Shown here one piece after another: positions 1-12,600 of a DNA stretch of 64,000 nucleotides. The notes beneath the pieces were generated by a model. That model was given only the letters and a program-made list of their open reading frames with translations, was not told the origin of the DNA and did not search any database. How positions within the stretch are numbered: position 1 is the stretch's first letter; each line of letters opens with the position of its first letter. The DNA comes from Nemertoderma westbladi (Eukaryota; Animalia; Xenacoelomorpha), in assembly GCA_032718475.1 (NCBI GenBank), contig JAUCBJ010000270.1, forward strand, positions 1 to 64,000, in the 5' to 3' direction. Made by a program: the position numbers and the translations under genes.

Positions 1-72
1 GGATCATCTATTAAGCCACAACTGGAATCAACCCGACAAGAACATGGGCAGGAACATAATCCTCTGACTAAC

Positions 73-3000
73 ATGGATGCTGAGATGCCATCGTACATTC
101 TACCTAATCTAACTTGTTCTGGTTTGGTTCCACCTCCAGTATATAGTCATACAAACTTTCCTATACCTATACCAACAGTTCAGTTTTCGTCACAGAATCT
201 ATCTGCTCCAGATGTTTCATGTCGACCTCAACATGAAAATTCTCACCAAAATAAACGCACATTAAACCCTGTTGCAACTGAGTTTTATCCACAGTCTACT
301 GATTATAGTAATGGAGAAGCCAAGTTTCTACAGAGTGATAAATATACAGAGAACAGGCGTGATTCACTAGCAAGAGAAGTAGTTGGCCTTCAAACAGAAG
401 TTAATGAAAACAAACATAATCTGGAATTATTGAAAAGTCAAATAAACATAAGTGAGATGGAACTTGCTAAGTTACAAGATTCAGTTGTTATTAAGAGAAA
501 TGAACATATGCAACAGAGAGAAAAATACTTACCTAATTCCACTTCACAAGTCAGAATAATGCAACAACCAGCAGAGACACAGTCACGAGCAACAATAACA
601 AACCCATATACTGAGGAAACTATTCCTAACCAGACAAGTATACCAGCCGATTTTAGTTCAGGTCTCTGCGGGTCTGCATTAGACAGGACAGACCCAAACT
701 TCAGTTTGGCGCGAGTTTTCTCCAGAATGGATGCTAGGGAGTCAGCAACCCTTGATCCCACATTACGCTTTAATGGTAACCCAACTAGATGGATTGCCTT
801 TGAAACCCAATGTAAGGTAGCCTTTTCTGATGCCCCTCTTACTGATGGCGAACGATTAAACCATCTCATTACAATGCTAGCTGGGGAACCAAAGAAGTTG
901 GCATTATCACAAATAGGTATTGCTGATGGCTTCAAGCGGGCTTGGAATCAACTTAAGGAGCGATATGGCGAAACTAATGTTATTGCCAATACACTTGTTC
1001 AAGAACTGATCGCTGATGCAAAACCTGTTTCTACTGGCTATCCATTAATTGAATTTATTGACAACATTGATCGTACATTTGAGCTGCTAAAAGGTCTCAA
1101 TCAAACTTCTCAATTGGAGCAACCCTATGTTATCAACAATTTGGTAGCTCGTTTTCCTGCTAGAACTAGAGAAAATTGGTTAAAGGTAGCAGTATATTTG
1201 AAGAATCATCATCAGAATCCAAGACAACCTGTCCTACAGGATATTAAGGATTTCCTTCATAAGCAGCGGGAACTATGGAAAATGGATAGACTATATCCTG
1301 TTGTAAATGTGACAAAGTCCACGAAACCATCTACATCAGAAAAGGTCCGTAATGTAGCACATGAATTAAAACCACAAGAAAGTTCTGCTTCAGAAGAATC
1401 TGACGATGACTCTATGGAAATAGTACAGAATGTGAAGTTGAAATCACAACTGCATCCAAAACAGAAGAAATCATTGAAAGCAGTCATTCATGACACTATC
1501 AATACCAGTAAGCCTACTGGTGGAGCGAATCCATACCTACCATGCTCCAGGTGTGGTGTCAAAGATCATCAAATCTTCAAGTGTCCTCTATTTAAGTCAG
1601 ATGATTTGGAAACCAAACGCATATGGGTTAAAGAACATAAACTATGTTTCAACTGTTTGGCTCTGGGGCACTCACGTGTTCAATGTGTTTGTAAGACTAG
1701 ATGTAAGACTTGCAATAAACAGCATCATACTTTATTGCATCCAAATAATTATACTTTAAGTGAGAAGTCCTCAGATTATATCAAGCAAATTTGTGATGAG
1801 TCTGACAGTCCAGATGGAGATACCTATGATGAAGATGAGTTTATTGACCAACCTTGTGTAACTGAGAATATCAATACATTAAACATTAAGCCTCTAGAAC
1901 AAGTAATGAAGTTATCTGGGCACAATGTTAGATCACTAGACATAATCCAGATCCGCGTAACAGGGGACAAATGTAGTAAGGTGGTGAATGCTCTATTGGA
2001 TGGTGGAAGTACATTGACATGTCTAGATAGTAAACTAGGAGATATGTTATTTTCAGATGTAGTATCTACAGTGTTACATGCAAGTGGATTCATTCAAGAC
2101 TGGACTAAGGTTATAAAAACACATTACGCTTATGGAATGCTATCAGCAGTAGAAGGTGGTTCAAGCTTCCATGTAAAACTTACTTTAATCAATGAGTTTG
2201 CAGATAGCCAGTCAGTTCCTTATGACTGGCATAAGCAGCTGAGACCTGACCAGTTTAGGATACCACATTACACGGTAGATTATCCTGGAATACCCTTATT
2301 GATAGGAAAAGATACATATGAGGCATTTCATTGCTTAGAAATGTGCCCTGAGAAACCTCAACCACTAGAAGATCGAGCGATTAGGAGTCCCCTGGGATGG
2401 TATTACTCTGGACCATCGCAACGAACCAAAGAAGCTCGTAGATGTATTGCCAAATCTCGAGAATTCCAACACCAACACAATGTTATAAGTGATATGCGTC
2501 GCATCAGTGATTCTGCTAATGTTACTGTTAGTACCAGTACTGATAGTTCTAGTAACAAGTCCCATAATAGTAGACAAGACCAGATCTTAAACAATTATGA
2601 TGGACAAATCGACAATCGAAATTACATAGAGCAGCAACTGCAAGATATACTGACCCAAGACAAACTTATACAGATTGCTGTAGAGAAATGTATCAAAGGC
2701 GATGTTACAGAGATAAATTCACATGAACTGACATTATCTGTTGAGGAACAACGAGCTAAGGAGATTCAACGTACAACAATAATGAAGTTGCCAACTGGCC
2801 ACTATGCTGTAGGACTTTTATGGCGTAGACCTTCACCAGTATTGCACAATAATCGGCCTCTGGCAGAAAGACGTTTAAAACAGCTCAAACGGCGTTTAAG
2901 TGTGAATGAGAAGTTAAAAGATTTGTATGTAATGAAACTCGAATCCTGCATTGCCAAAGGCTATGCTGAAGAAGTTCCTGAGGAAGAATTAAATCCTATC

Positions 3001-6000
3001 AATCGTCTGGTTTACTACCTTCCACACCATCCTGTCATAAAATTAGATAAACCTGATAGTATCAGGATTGTATATGACTGTTCTGCAAATTATAAAGGTC
3101 AGTCTCTAAATTCAGAGCTGATGAAGGGACCTAACTTACTTCGATCACTTCAAGGTATCTTGTTAAGATTCCGTCAGCATAATGTAGCAACTATATCAGA
3201 TATTGAAGGTATGTTCTACCAGGTAAAAGTACTGCCTCGTGATAAAGACTGTCTTCGCTTTCTATGGTGGCCCAATGGGAAGATAGAAGAGCCACCTCTT
3301 GAATATCGTATGACATGTCAAGCATTTGGGATTATCAGCAGCCCCTCTAATGCTTCGTCTGTGTTGCATCAAACTGCAGATGATAATGCTTTATCATATA
3401 CTCCATTAGTAACAAAAACTATCCATGAAGACATATATATGGATGACTGTATAAATTCATTTATCAATGATGAGGAGGCAATTACAACTTCTCATGGAAT
3501 TAAATCCTGCTTAGCGCATGGTGGGTTTAACCTCACTAAGTTTAATAGTAACAGTAAAGCCGTTTTAGAATCCTTCCAAAAACATGAACGATCAACCCCA
3601 GATGTTGACCTTGAATTTGAGGATATTCCAGAGACTAAATCTCTAGGACTTCGGTGGAACCCAGAGGGTGATTTTCTTTTCTTCAAGGTGAAAGAACGTG
3701 ATAACTTTGACACCCGAACAAAACGAGATTGTTTAAGTATACTTAGTCAAGTTTATGACCCACTATGTTTAGTAACCCCAGTGATTTTATCAGCTAGGCT
3801 AATAATCCAATTAGCTTGGAAAGAGGATATTGGTTGGGATGAGCCTCTCCCAGATATGCTGTTACGGAAGTGGATCACCTGGGAAAAGGAATTGCAAGGG
3901 CTTAGCAATTTGAAACTATCTCGACCAATGTTCCCAGACATGGAAAGGGATGAGGATCTGCAACTTCATATATTTTGCGATGCTAGTAAATATGGTATGG
4001 GTGTTGTAGCATATCTGAGACGGTACAAGGACAATTCTGCATCTGTTTCTTTTGTGTTTTCACGAAGTAAAACTATGCCTGTAAAATCCCTTACGATTCC
4101 ACGAGCTGAACTACAAGCTGGTTCTTATGGTGTTGATATGGCTCTCTTTCTAGGACACCAGTTGACTATTCCATTTACAACCACCTATTGGACGGATGCT
4201 TATTTGGTATTAGAGTATCTTAATAATGAAAAGAGTCAATTTACTGTGTTTGTTTCAAATAGAAAGGAGAAGATCTTAAATTCATCAACCACTGATCAAT
4301 GGAAGCACTGCCCCGGCAATATCAATCCTGCGGATATAGCTTCGCGAGGTGCTACTCCCAATCAACTGCTTCAAAGTTGTTGGTTCGCTGGACCACATTT
4401 CTTACAAGAAGATGAAGAAAGTTGGCCAAGACAACCTACTAGATCAGAAAGATTAGAATTGTTAACAGATTTGCCAGAGCTATTGCCTCCACCTAAGAAG
4501 TCGAAATCTAAACTATTCGCTGGATTAAAGCCAGACCCTATAAACAACATTGTATTCATGATTAAATCTGATACTGTTCCTACAGTTGTGCCTAACCTAA
4601 TAAATGGTTTAAGTCACTTAATCAAAGGCGCAATAGAATACTATTCATCTTGGAATAAACTGGTCAAAGCCATTACTTACTTGAAGCAATATGCACGGCT
4701 TGTACTGAACAAACGTAAATCTACCTCTCCAACACCTTCAGAGTTGAATAATACTGAGCTTCAGTTGCTACGTGTTACTCAAATGACAAGTGTCCCACTA
4801 TTGTATTCAGATCATGTTGAAGACCCGAGTCTTATCAGCAATGACAAGTTTTCTACGATCATCAAGAATGGTCTTTTGCGAGTTGGTGGACGCCTGGAAG
4901 GAGTTCCATTCCTGTCTGATAATGCCAAACATCCTATATTAATTTACGATAAGGACATTCAAGCCAAGCTTATCCTAGATGTACATATTAGGTTACACCA
5001 TGCTGGCAGACAACACATCATATGTCATTTGAGAAACAGATATTATCTTGTAAGCCCCAGGAAGGTTATAAATAAGATATTAACTAGTTGTATTCTGTGT
5101 CGAAAATATAACAGTACACCCATGTCACAAATTATGAGTGATTTACCTCCAGAGAGGTTTGGGGTTTACGAACCAGCATTTACCCATTCGGGTGTTGATT
5201 TGTTCGGCCCACTAGAAGTTAAACGAGCTAGAAGTATGGTGAAACGTTGGTGTGTCATTTTTACTTGTCTCACTTGCCGGGCAATCTACTTAGATATGGT
5301 AAATGATTTGACCATGAACTCGTTTTTACTGTGCCTTCGCCGCTTTATCTCAAGGAAGGGGAAGATAGCCCATATCAGATCGGACCAAGGCACAAACTTC
5401 ATCAGTGCTGCAAAGGAGATAACCACAACTATCACTGACTGGAACCAAAATCAGATAGATAAGCTGTTGTGTGTGGATGACATCTCGTGGACATTTAATA
5501 CACCAATGTCTCCATGGATGGGTGGAACCTGGGAGCGTTTAATTAAAAGCGTGAAACTAGCTATGAACAAGACTTTACCAGCCAAAGTATATCTAAATGA
5601 TGAAAGTCTGCGAACACTGTTAGCAGAGATAGAGAGTACTATAAACTCGAGACCTCTTACATATATCGATGCTAATTGTAAATCTCCAGAGGTACTGACC
5701 CCGGCACATTTCGTGATGTTGAGACCAGCAACTATGGTACCGGTCCAGGAATCAAGTGTTGATGACCAATATAGTCGTAAATCATGGAAAGTGATGAACA
5801 GTCTGTCAGATGAATACTGGAAACATTGGGTCAAAGAATATATCCCAACAGTACATCTACGAAAGAAATGGTTAGCAGACAAAGATAATATCCATGTGGA
5901 TGACTTTGTACTGATTGTTGATGATAATGCACCACGAAGTAAATGGGCCACAGCAAGAGTTACAGAACTGCACCCTAGTAGTGATGGTAAGATACGTTCA

Positions 6001-6090
6001 GTGTCCCTACGCACTAGTCGAAAACAGAACCTGGATCGTCCAATCCACAAGTTATGTATGTTGGAACGGGTGGATATGACAAAGAAGTAA
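73..6090 (+). CDS. BEL/Pao Gag-Pol polyprotein (frame open from base 1, so the true start is probably upstream)
   Basis: DUF1759-like Gag (FNGNPTRW), three Cys/His knuckles, protease LLDGGS, RT IYMDD, Pao RNase H (IFCDAS, TIPRAEL, NPADIASRG), integrase (GVDLFGP, SDQGTNF, GGTWERLI) and a DUF5641-like C-terminus. Confidence 0.97.
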   Translation: MDAEMPSYILPNLTCSGLVPPPVYSHTNFPIPIPTVQFSSQNLSAPDVSCRPQHENSHQNKRTLNPVATEFYPQSTDYSNGEAKFLQSDKYTENRRDSLAREVVGLQTEVNENKHNLELLKSQINISEMELAKLQDSVVIKRNEHMQQREKYLPNSTSQVRIMQQPAETQSRATITNPYTEETIPNQTSIPADFSSGLCGSALDRTDPNFSLARVFSRMDARESATLDPTLRFNGNPTRWIAFETQCKVAFSDAPLTDGERLNHLITMLAGEPKKLALSQIGIADGFKRAWNQLKERYGETNVIANTLVQELIADAKPVSTGYPLIEFIDNIDRTFELLKGLNQTSQLEQPYVINNLVARFPARTRENWLKVAVYLKNHHQNPRQPVLQDIKDFLHKQRELWKMDRLYPVVNVTKSTKPSTSEKVRNVAHELKPQESSASEESDDDSMEIVQNVKLKSQLHPKQKKSLKAVIHDTINTSKPTGGANPYLPCSRCGVKDHQIFKCPLFKSDDLETKRIWVKEHKLCFNCLALGHSRVQCVCKTRCKTCNKQHHTLLHPNNYTLSEKSSDYIKQICDESDSPDGDTYDEDEFIDQPCVTENINTLNIKPLEQVMKLSGHNVRSLDIIQIRVTGDKCSKVVNALLDGGSTLTCLDSKLGDMLFSDVVSTVLHASGFIQDWTKVIKTHYAYGMLSAVEGGSSFHVKLTLINEFADSQSVPYDWHKQLRPDQFRIPHYTVDYPGIPLLIGKDTYEAFHCLEMCPEKPQPLEDRAIRSPLGWYYSGPSQRTKEARRCIAKSREFQHQHNVISDMRRISDSANVTVSTSTDSSSNKSHNSRQDQILNNYDGQIDNRNYIEQQLQDILTQDKLIQIAVEKCIKGDVTEINSHELTLSVEEQRAKEIQRTTIMKLPTGHYAVGLLWRRPSPVLHNNRPLAERRLKQLKRRLSVNEKLKDLYVMKLESCIAKGYAEEVPEEELNPINRLVYYLPHHPVIKLDKPDSIRIVYDCSANYKGQSLNSELMKGPNLLRSLQGILLRFRQHNVATISDIEGMFYQVKVLPRDKDCLRFLWWPNGKIEEPPLEYRMTCQAFGIISSPSNASSVLHQTADDNALSYTPLVTKTIHEDIYMDDCINSFINDEEAITTSHGIKSCLAHGGFNLTKFNSNSKAVLESFQKHERSTPDVDLEFEDIPETKSLGLRWNPEGDFLFFKVKERDNFDTRTKRDCLSILSQVYDPLCLVTPVILSARLIIQLAWKEDIGWDEPLPDMLLRKWITWEKELQGLSNLKLSRPMFPDMERDEDLQLHIFCDASKYGMGVVAYLRRYKDNSASVSFVFSRSKTMPVKSLTIPRAELQAGSYGVDMALFLGHQLTIPFTTTYWTDAYLVLEYLNNEKSQFTVFVSNRKEKILNSSTTDQWKHCPGNINPADIASRGATPNQLLQSCWFAGPHFLQEDEESWPRQPTRSERLELLTDLPELLPPPKKSKSKLFAGLKPDPINNIVFMIKSDTVPTVVPNLINGLSHLIKGAIEYYSSWNKLVKAITYLKQYARLVLNKRKSTSPTPSELNNTELQLLRVTQMTSVPLLYSDHVEDPSLISNDKFSTIIKNGLLRVGGRLEGVPFLSDNAKHPILIYDKDIQAKLILDVHIRLHHAGRQHIICHLRNRYYLVSPRKVINKILTSCILCRKYNSTPMSQIMSDLPPERFGVYEPAFTHSGVDLFGPLEVKRARSMVKRWCVIFTCLTCRAIYLDMVNDLTMNSFLLCLRRFISRKGKIAHIRSDQGTNFISAAKEITTTITDWNQNQIDKLLCVDDISWTFNTPMSPWMGGTWERLIKSVKLAMNKTLPAKVYLNDESLRTLLAEIESTINSRPLTYIDANCKSPEVLTPAHFVMLRPATMVPVQESSVDDQYSRKSWKVMNSLSDEYWKHWVKEYIPTVHLRKKWLADKDNIHVDDFVLIVDDNAPRSKWATARVTELHPSSDGKIRSVSLRTSRKQNLDRPIHKLCMLERVDMTKK

Positions 6091-6272
6091 CTATATTATT
6101 ATCTAATATTTATAACATTGCTACGAACTGTAACAAACTGTTCTAATATATATTTATAGGATATTCTGTGATATCGATTGTAATGTAAGTAATCTGTAGC
6201 AAACATTTATATATTAAATATATAAAATAAATTCAACTAAAATAAAATTTCAATAAAATTTTGGAAGCGGGA

Positions 6273-6643
6273 TATAGCTCCATTGATGGAGATTGTGTAC
6301 GTAAAAATTGTATTGTTATATTATTTTTATTGTATTTTTCACATTTAATTTAGTCACTTCATTAAATTTATTGACATAAAATTTCACCGTTTCTTGTATC
6401 TATGCATTCCGATTATGCATACAAGTGTGACTCATTACTGCCTGTCCACATATTCATAGTCTTGACCTACCTTGACGCTGGACTTTACTACTTGTATATC
6501 ACATGACTTCGTCCTATATGACAACTCTACCTACATATTTGACGATTGAACATACTGGTACTGCATAAATAATAACCTCAAAATAATATTTAGCATCAGC
6601 GGCATCTAAACCTAACAGATTCAGGTCTGTGCTAGACGCTATA
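6273..6643 (+). repeat. Putative 3' LTR of element A (TATAGC...GCTATA)
   Basis: Starts right after the family PPT and has a 6-bp terminal inverted repeat. No second copy in the window, so the right boundary is inferred. Confidence 0.6.
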
Positions 6644-7254
6644 CTGCAATCACGGAAGCGGTAATGGGATGTGTATGTAGTTTGTGTGGCATATATGTTT
6701 CAGTGTGTTTGAATGTCGTGGTGTGTTTGTGGGTGAGTGTCACAGAATGTATTTGTGGTTTAACCGAACTTGTAAGAACTCCTTGGGTGTCGAGAAGTCT
6801 CGGTGCATGATGGCTTGTAACTGAAGTTATATGCGGCATTTAACACCATCTACAGATTTCTCCTCTGGATTTAGCTGTGGGTTTGCAGATAGCTAAACCA
6901 ATAAGTGCGCCAACTCTCACGGAGGTCGAAGTCGAATCCAGTTAATTCAATTCGAATTCAATGCGGGTCTCATTGTGATGGATCGCTATATGGGGGATCT
7001 ATTATTTCAAGACGATGGAGAGGGCGGATGATGAAGGAAAGATAGTCGAGACTTTAATTCGAAATATCTTCAAAATCATGTGGACCCGCGAATTTTATAC
7101 TTTGTATCTAAAGATTCCTATAATAATGCGAAGGGTGGAGAAACGCGATGGATATATTTATAAAACCCGTTACCTTTAACCACATTAAATAAATTTCGTT
7201 AGTATATATTATTATTATAAGGTGGATTCATTTGAAGACACTGTTCGTTTGTCT

Positions 7255-7540
7255 AACTAGTTATATGCATATGCAATGAATATGTGCAATAATATTAGTT
7301 TAAAAGCATATATTATATATTTATAATGCATCAATAATATATATGCATATGCAATGAATATGTGCAATAATATTAGTGCAATAATATTAGTTTAGAAGCA
7401 TATATTATATATTTATAATGCATCAATCATTTAGTCAATAATAGTCAATAATAACTCCTAAGTTATATACAATATACATACAGGAAATGAAAATATGCGA
7501 TAATATTTGTTTAGAGGCATATATTATATTTTATAATACA
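7255..7540. repeat. AT-rich degenerate tandem repeat
   Basis: Recurring atatgcatatgcaatgaatatgtgcaataatattagt and agcatatattatatatttataatgcatcaat blocks. Confidence 0.7.
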
Positions 7541-7911
7541 TTTGTAGAATGAACCATGTATATAATGAATAGTCAATAATTTAACCAGAATCTATTTTCT
7601 ATTATAATATGTTTGTTTGCTTAATTAATTCTAATGTAATAGTGCATCTAGGTGAAATATATGCTTTATAATTGTGAAAACTGTATATTAACTTTTGAAA
7701 ATATGATTGTGAGTTACTGTGATTTACAGTTACTGGAGATGTAACATATATTTGTATTTTATGGTATATTTTTAATCTAGTTGATATTTTCCTATATCAC
7801 TTGTACAGCGGGAATTTGTAAACATTAGTAGAGAATTTCAATATCTTAAGACCGTATTGACGCAGTGATTGATAATTAAATTTTGTGCATCTATCTTTAA
7901 TTAGGAAGCGG

Positions 7912-8795
7912 TGTAAGCGCCAATACGCATTCTACCCCCAACCAAAATTATTGTAAGTACAGATAAGTGTAACATGTTAAATCTATTCAGTATACTGATG
8001 TAAGTGTCATAATTTAATGGCCCTAGTTGTAATGCCAGGTGCTTGTTTCTGATTGGCTGTTAGCCTTTCAGTGATATACAATGGTGATGGGAGCTAGGCT
8101 CTTTTACTTACCTTTTAGTCACAGTGCTGCAGTGCTTTAGTTACTGTATCTTACAGTCTTATCTTATTACCGGTACCGGTACTGTTATTTTGCGTCCTCC
8201 CGGACACCCACTTTTGGGCGAAGAGTCCTATGAATATTACCAGTTGTCAGTTGTCAGTTGCCAGTTGCCAGTTAGTCAATTAGCCATTAACAGATTTAAC
8301 CAGTTTTATCAGTGATTCCGATCCGGTGATTATTATTTATCATTCATCTGTTCATTGTATTAATATGGAGACGGACCGAGAATCTTAACAGGACCTGCGT
8401 TTTCCTTGCCTCGCATCCCCATCCATCCTTTCGCAAGCGACGTTGGTGAGGCTGTCATAGCTTACACACGTTGGATCCTAGGGGTTTCTGCGTGTGTGCT
8501 TTATGCCTAATGTAAGTTGCAGTGCACTTGCAACCAGGTAACTCGCATTCAAAGGTGTCCAGCACATTCGGTTGGTGAGTTTGTCTGTTAGTGTCTGTCT
8601 CAGTGTCTTATGTATGACTGTGTTAGTTTATCTGTGTGTCATCTGTCTGTCCTGTTACCGACTGTCAGACTGGTGTGAATGCAGTGCAGCGTCACTGGCA
8701 AACTGCGTGATATCAAAAGCCCGAAAGTCTTTTAGCGGCAGGGTGTTTCCGGTTTATTGTACGGATGAGCTCACTGCTATCCTTTAGCCGCTACA
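7912..8795 (+). repeat. Putative 3' LTR of another BEL-family element (E), whose 3' region hosts element A
   Basis: Preceded by TTAGGAAGCGG, which matches the PPT of A and B. Termini TGTAAGCG...CGCTACA. Reverse CCAAT box (ATTGG) near 8052. Single copy only. Confidence 0.55.
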
Positions 8796-8934
8796 GTAAA
8801 TTTAAAAAGCATATATTACCGTATATAATAGTATTGACAATGTTTTGTAATTTCAATTTTTTTCAATGTTCCATATCTGCACTAAACATTCTAATGTTCA
8901 AAAAATATCTATGTCAACAAAATAATTCGTACGG

Positions 8935-9114
8935 ATTATAAGACTGGAGGCTGTACTACAGTATATGGGTTTATTATAAGACTGGAGGCTGTACTACAGT
9001 ATATGGGTTTATTATAAGACTGGAGGCTGTACTACAGTATATGGGTTTATTATAAGACTGGAGGCTGTACTACAGTATATGGGTTTATTAAAAGACTGGA
9101 GGCTGTACTACAGT
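8935..9114. repeat. 38-bp minisatellite, about 4.7 copies
   Basis: attataagactggaggctgtactacagtatatgggttt repeated almost perfectly. Confidence 0.95.
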
Positions 9115-9278
9115 GGCTTTCCCATATAAGTAACATTAATTTCATAATTTAAGAAAACGTGAGAGTTTTAAGAGTAGATTATCGCATTATTACAACATAA
9201 AATTAATATAAATTAACTTCGGAATCCTCTAAAAAATAAAAATTGATATCAAGTTAGACGTATATTGTGAGTTGGGTT

Positions 9279-9619
9279 ATGGGGAACGGGGTGAATCCCT
9301 TCGATATAACGCCGCCTCCAGAAAGAAATTCATTAAAGTTCGAAGAAACGGTCGGGGTAAAACTTTCCGAACTTAAAAACATCGATGTTTGCCTAGAAGA
9401 CAGGGAGAGTGGCTGCTTACCATGGATAAAGTTACATCTCGCAGTTTTCTTAGAATCTATATTCGTATTTTTAATCACAATTGTCCTTTTATTTCTGGTG
9501 ATATTTTTGGAACCGCGAGAATTAAAAATAGCTGCAGCTTGCATGGTTGTCGTGGCAAATATCGCAACTGGGGTGACCTTCTGTGTGAATTACATGAAAT
9601 CACATGTGCCGGGATTTAG
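9279..9619 (+). CDS. Host gene 1, coding exon 1 (small four-TM membrane protein, about 175 aa spliced)
   Basis: ATG at 9279, two hydrophobic helices, ends at the canonical donor AG|GTAAGC (phase 2). Similar to the exon at 59642. Confidence 0.75.
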
Positions 9620-9684
9620 GTAAGCGATTGAGTTGTGTTAGTTATTATGTGGCAACTACTACTATAGTTGCCACCCACTTTTTT

Positions 9685-12600
9685 TAGATCCGAGTAGCGA
9701 GACCTCTAGTATTCGCTCCATTGTTAGGTCCGCGTAGCGAGACCTCTAGTATTCACTCAGTTAGTAGGTCCGCGTAGCGAGACCTCTAGTATTCACTCCG
9801 TTATTAGGTCCGCATAGCGAGACCTCTAGTATTCACTCTGATAGTAGGTCCGCGTATCGAGACCTCTAGTATTCACTCCGTTATTTATTAGGGCCACACC
9901 ACTTAGCGAAACCTCTAGTATTCACTCCATTAGTAGGTCCGTGTAGCGAGACCTCTAGTATTCACTCCGTTATTAGGTCCACACCACTTAGCGAAACCTC
10001 TAGTATTCACTCCGTTATTAGGTCCACATAGCTTGACCTCTAGTATTCACTCTGTTAGTAGGTCCGCGTAGCGACACCTCTAGTATTCACTCCGTTAGTA
10101 GGTCCGCGTAGCGAGACCTCTAGTATTCACTCCGTTAGTAGGTCCGCATAGCAAGACCTCTAGTATTCACTCCGTTATTAGGTCCACATAGCGAAACCTC
10201 TAGTATTCAATTCACTCCGTTAGTGGGTCCGTGTAGCGAGATCTCTAGTATTCACTCCATTAGTAGGTCCGTGTAGCGAGAGCTCTAGTATTCACTCCGT
10301 TAGTATGTCTGCGTAGCGAGACCTCTAGTATTCACTCCGTTAGTAGGTCCGCGTAGCGAGACCTCTAGTATTCACTCCGTTAGTAGGTCCGTGTAGCGAG
10401 AGCTCTAGTATTCACTCTGTTAGTATGTCTGCGTAGCGAGACTTCTAGTATTCACTCCATTAGTAGGTCCGTGTAGCGAGAGCTCTAGTATTCACTCTGT
10501 TAGTATGTCTGCGTAGCGAGACCTCTAGTATTCACTCCGTTAGTAGGTCTATGCAGCGAGACCTCTAGTATTCACTCCGTTAGTAGGTCCGCATAGCGAT
10601 ACCTCTAGTATTCACTCCGTTATTAGGTCCGCGTAGCGAGAGCTCTAGTATTCACTCCGTTAGTATGTCTGCGTAGCGAGACCTCTAGTATTCACTCCGT
10701 TAGTAGGTCTATGCAGCGAGACCTCTAGTATTCACTCCGTTAGTAGGTCCGCATAGCGATACCTCTAGTATTCACTCCGTTTTTAGGTCCGCATAGCGAA
10801 ACCTCTAGTATTCACTCCGTTATTAGGTCCGTGTAGCGAGAACTCTAGTATTCACTCTGTTAGTAGGCCCGCGTATCGAGACCTCTAGTATTCACTCCAT
10901 TAGTAGGTCCGTGTAGCGAGAGCTCTAGTATTCACTCCGTTAGTATGTCCGCGTAGCGAGACCTCTAGTATTCACTCCATTAGTAGGTCCGTGCAGTGAG
11001 ACCTCTAGTATTCACTCCGTTTTTAGGTCCGCGTAGCGAAACCTCTAGTATTCACTCCATTATTAGGTCCGTGTATCGAGAACTCTAGTATTCACTCCGT
11101 TAGTAGGCCCGCGTATCGAGACCTCTAGTATTCACTACGTTATTAGGTCCACACCACTTAGCGAAACCTCTAGTATTCACTCCGTTATTAGGTCCACATA
11201 GCGAGACCTCTAGTAATCACTCCGTTAGTAGGTCCGCGTAGCGAGACCTCTATAGTATTTACTCCGTTAGTAGGTCCGCGTAGCGAGACCTCTATAGTAT
11301 TCACTCCATTAGTAGGTCCGTGCAGTGAGAGCTCTAGTATTCACTCCGTTAGTATGTCCGCGTAGCGAGACCTCTAGTATTCACTCCATTAGTAGGTCCG
11401 TGTAGCGAGAGCTCTAGTATTCACTCCGTTAGTATGTCCGCATAGCGAGACCTCTAGTATTCACTCCATTAGTAGGTCCGTGCAGTGAGACCTCTAGTAT
11501 TCACTCCGTTTTTAGGTCCGCGTAGCGATACCTCTAGTATTCACTCCGTTAGTAGGTCCGCGTAGCGAGACCTCTAGTATTCACTCCGTTAGTAGGCCCG
11601 TGTATCGAGACCTCTAGTATTCACTACGTTATTAGGTCCACACCACTTAGCGAAACCTCTATTATTCACTCCGTTATTAGGTCCACTTAGCGAGACCTCT
11701 AGTAATCACTCCGTTAGTAGGTCCGCATAGCGAGACCTCTATAGTATTTACTCCGTTAGTAGGTCCGTGTAGCGAGACCTCTATAGTATTCACTCCATTA
11801 GTAGGTTCGCGTAGCGAGACCTCTAGTATTCACTCAGTTAGTAGGTCCGCATAGAGAGACCTCTAGTATTCACTCCGTTTTTAGGTCCACGTAGCAGGAC
11901 CTCTAGTATTCACTCCGTTAGTAGGTCCGCATAGCGAGACTTCTAGTATTCACTCAGTTATTAGGTCCATGTAGCGAAACCTCTAGTATTCACTCCGTTA
12001 TTAGGTCCACATAGCGAGACCTCTAGTATTTACTCCGTTAGTAGGTCCGCGTAGCGAGACCTCTATAGTATTCACTCCATTAGTAGGTTCGCGTAGCGAG
12101 ACCTCTAGTATTCACTCCGTTAGTAGGTCCGTGCAGTGAGACCTCTAGTATTTACTCCGTTTTTAGGTCCGCGTAGCGAAACCTCTAGTATTCACTCCAT
12201 TATTAGGTCCGTGTAGCGAGAACTCTAGTATTCACTACGTTATTAGGTCCACACCACATAGCGAAACCTCTAGTATTCACTCCGTTATTAGGTCCACATA
12301 GCGAGACCTCTAGTAATCACTCCGTTAGTAGGTCCGCATAGCGAGACCTCTATAGTATTTACTCCGTTAGTAGGTCCGCGTAGCGAGACCTCTATAGTAT
12401 TCACTCCATTAGTAGGTTTGCGTAGCGAGACCTCTAGTATTCACTCAGTTAGTAGGTCCGTGCAGCGAGAGCTCTAGTATTCACTCCGTTAGTAGGTCCA
12501 CGTAACGAGACCTCTAGTATTCACTCCGTTTTTAGGTCCGCATAGAGAGACCTCTAGTATTCACTCCGTTTTTAGGTCCACGTAGCAGGACCTCTAGTAT

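Larger units (their letters stand above)
1..6643 (+). mobile_element. BEL/Pao LTR retrotransposon A (5' part outside window)
   Basis: Intact gag-pol ORF, short AT-rich 3' UTR, purine tract TTGGAAGCGGGA (6261-6272), then a putative 3' LTR. Confidence 0.9.

Noticed and set aside
438-6050. Antisense and alternative-frame ORFs overlapping the gag-pol genes (here and in B, D and the Gypsy)
   Set aside because: Shadow ORFs of long coding sequences with no recognisable motifs.
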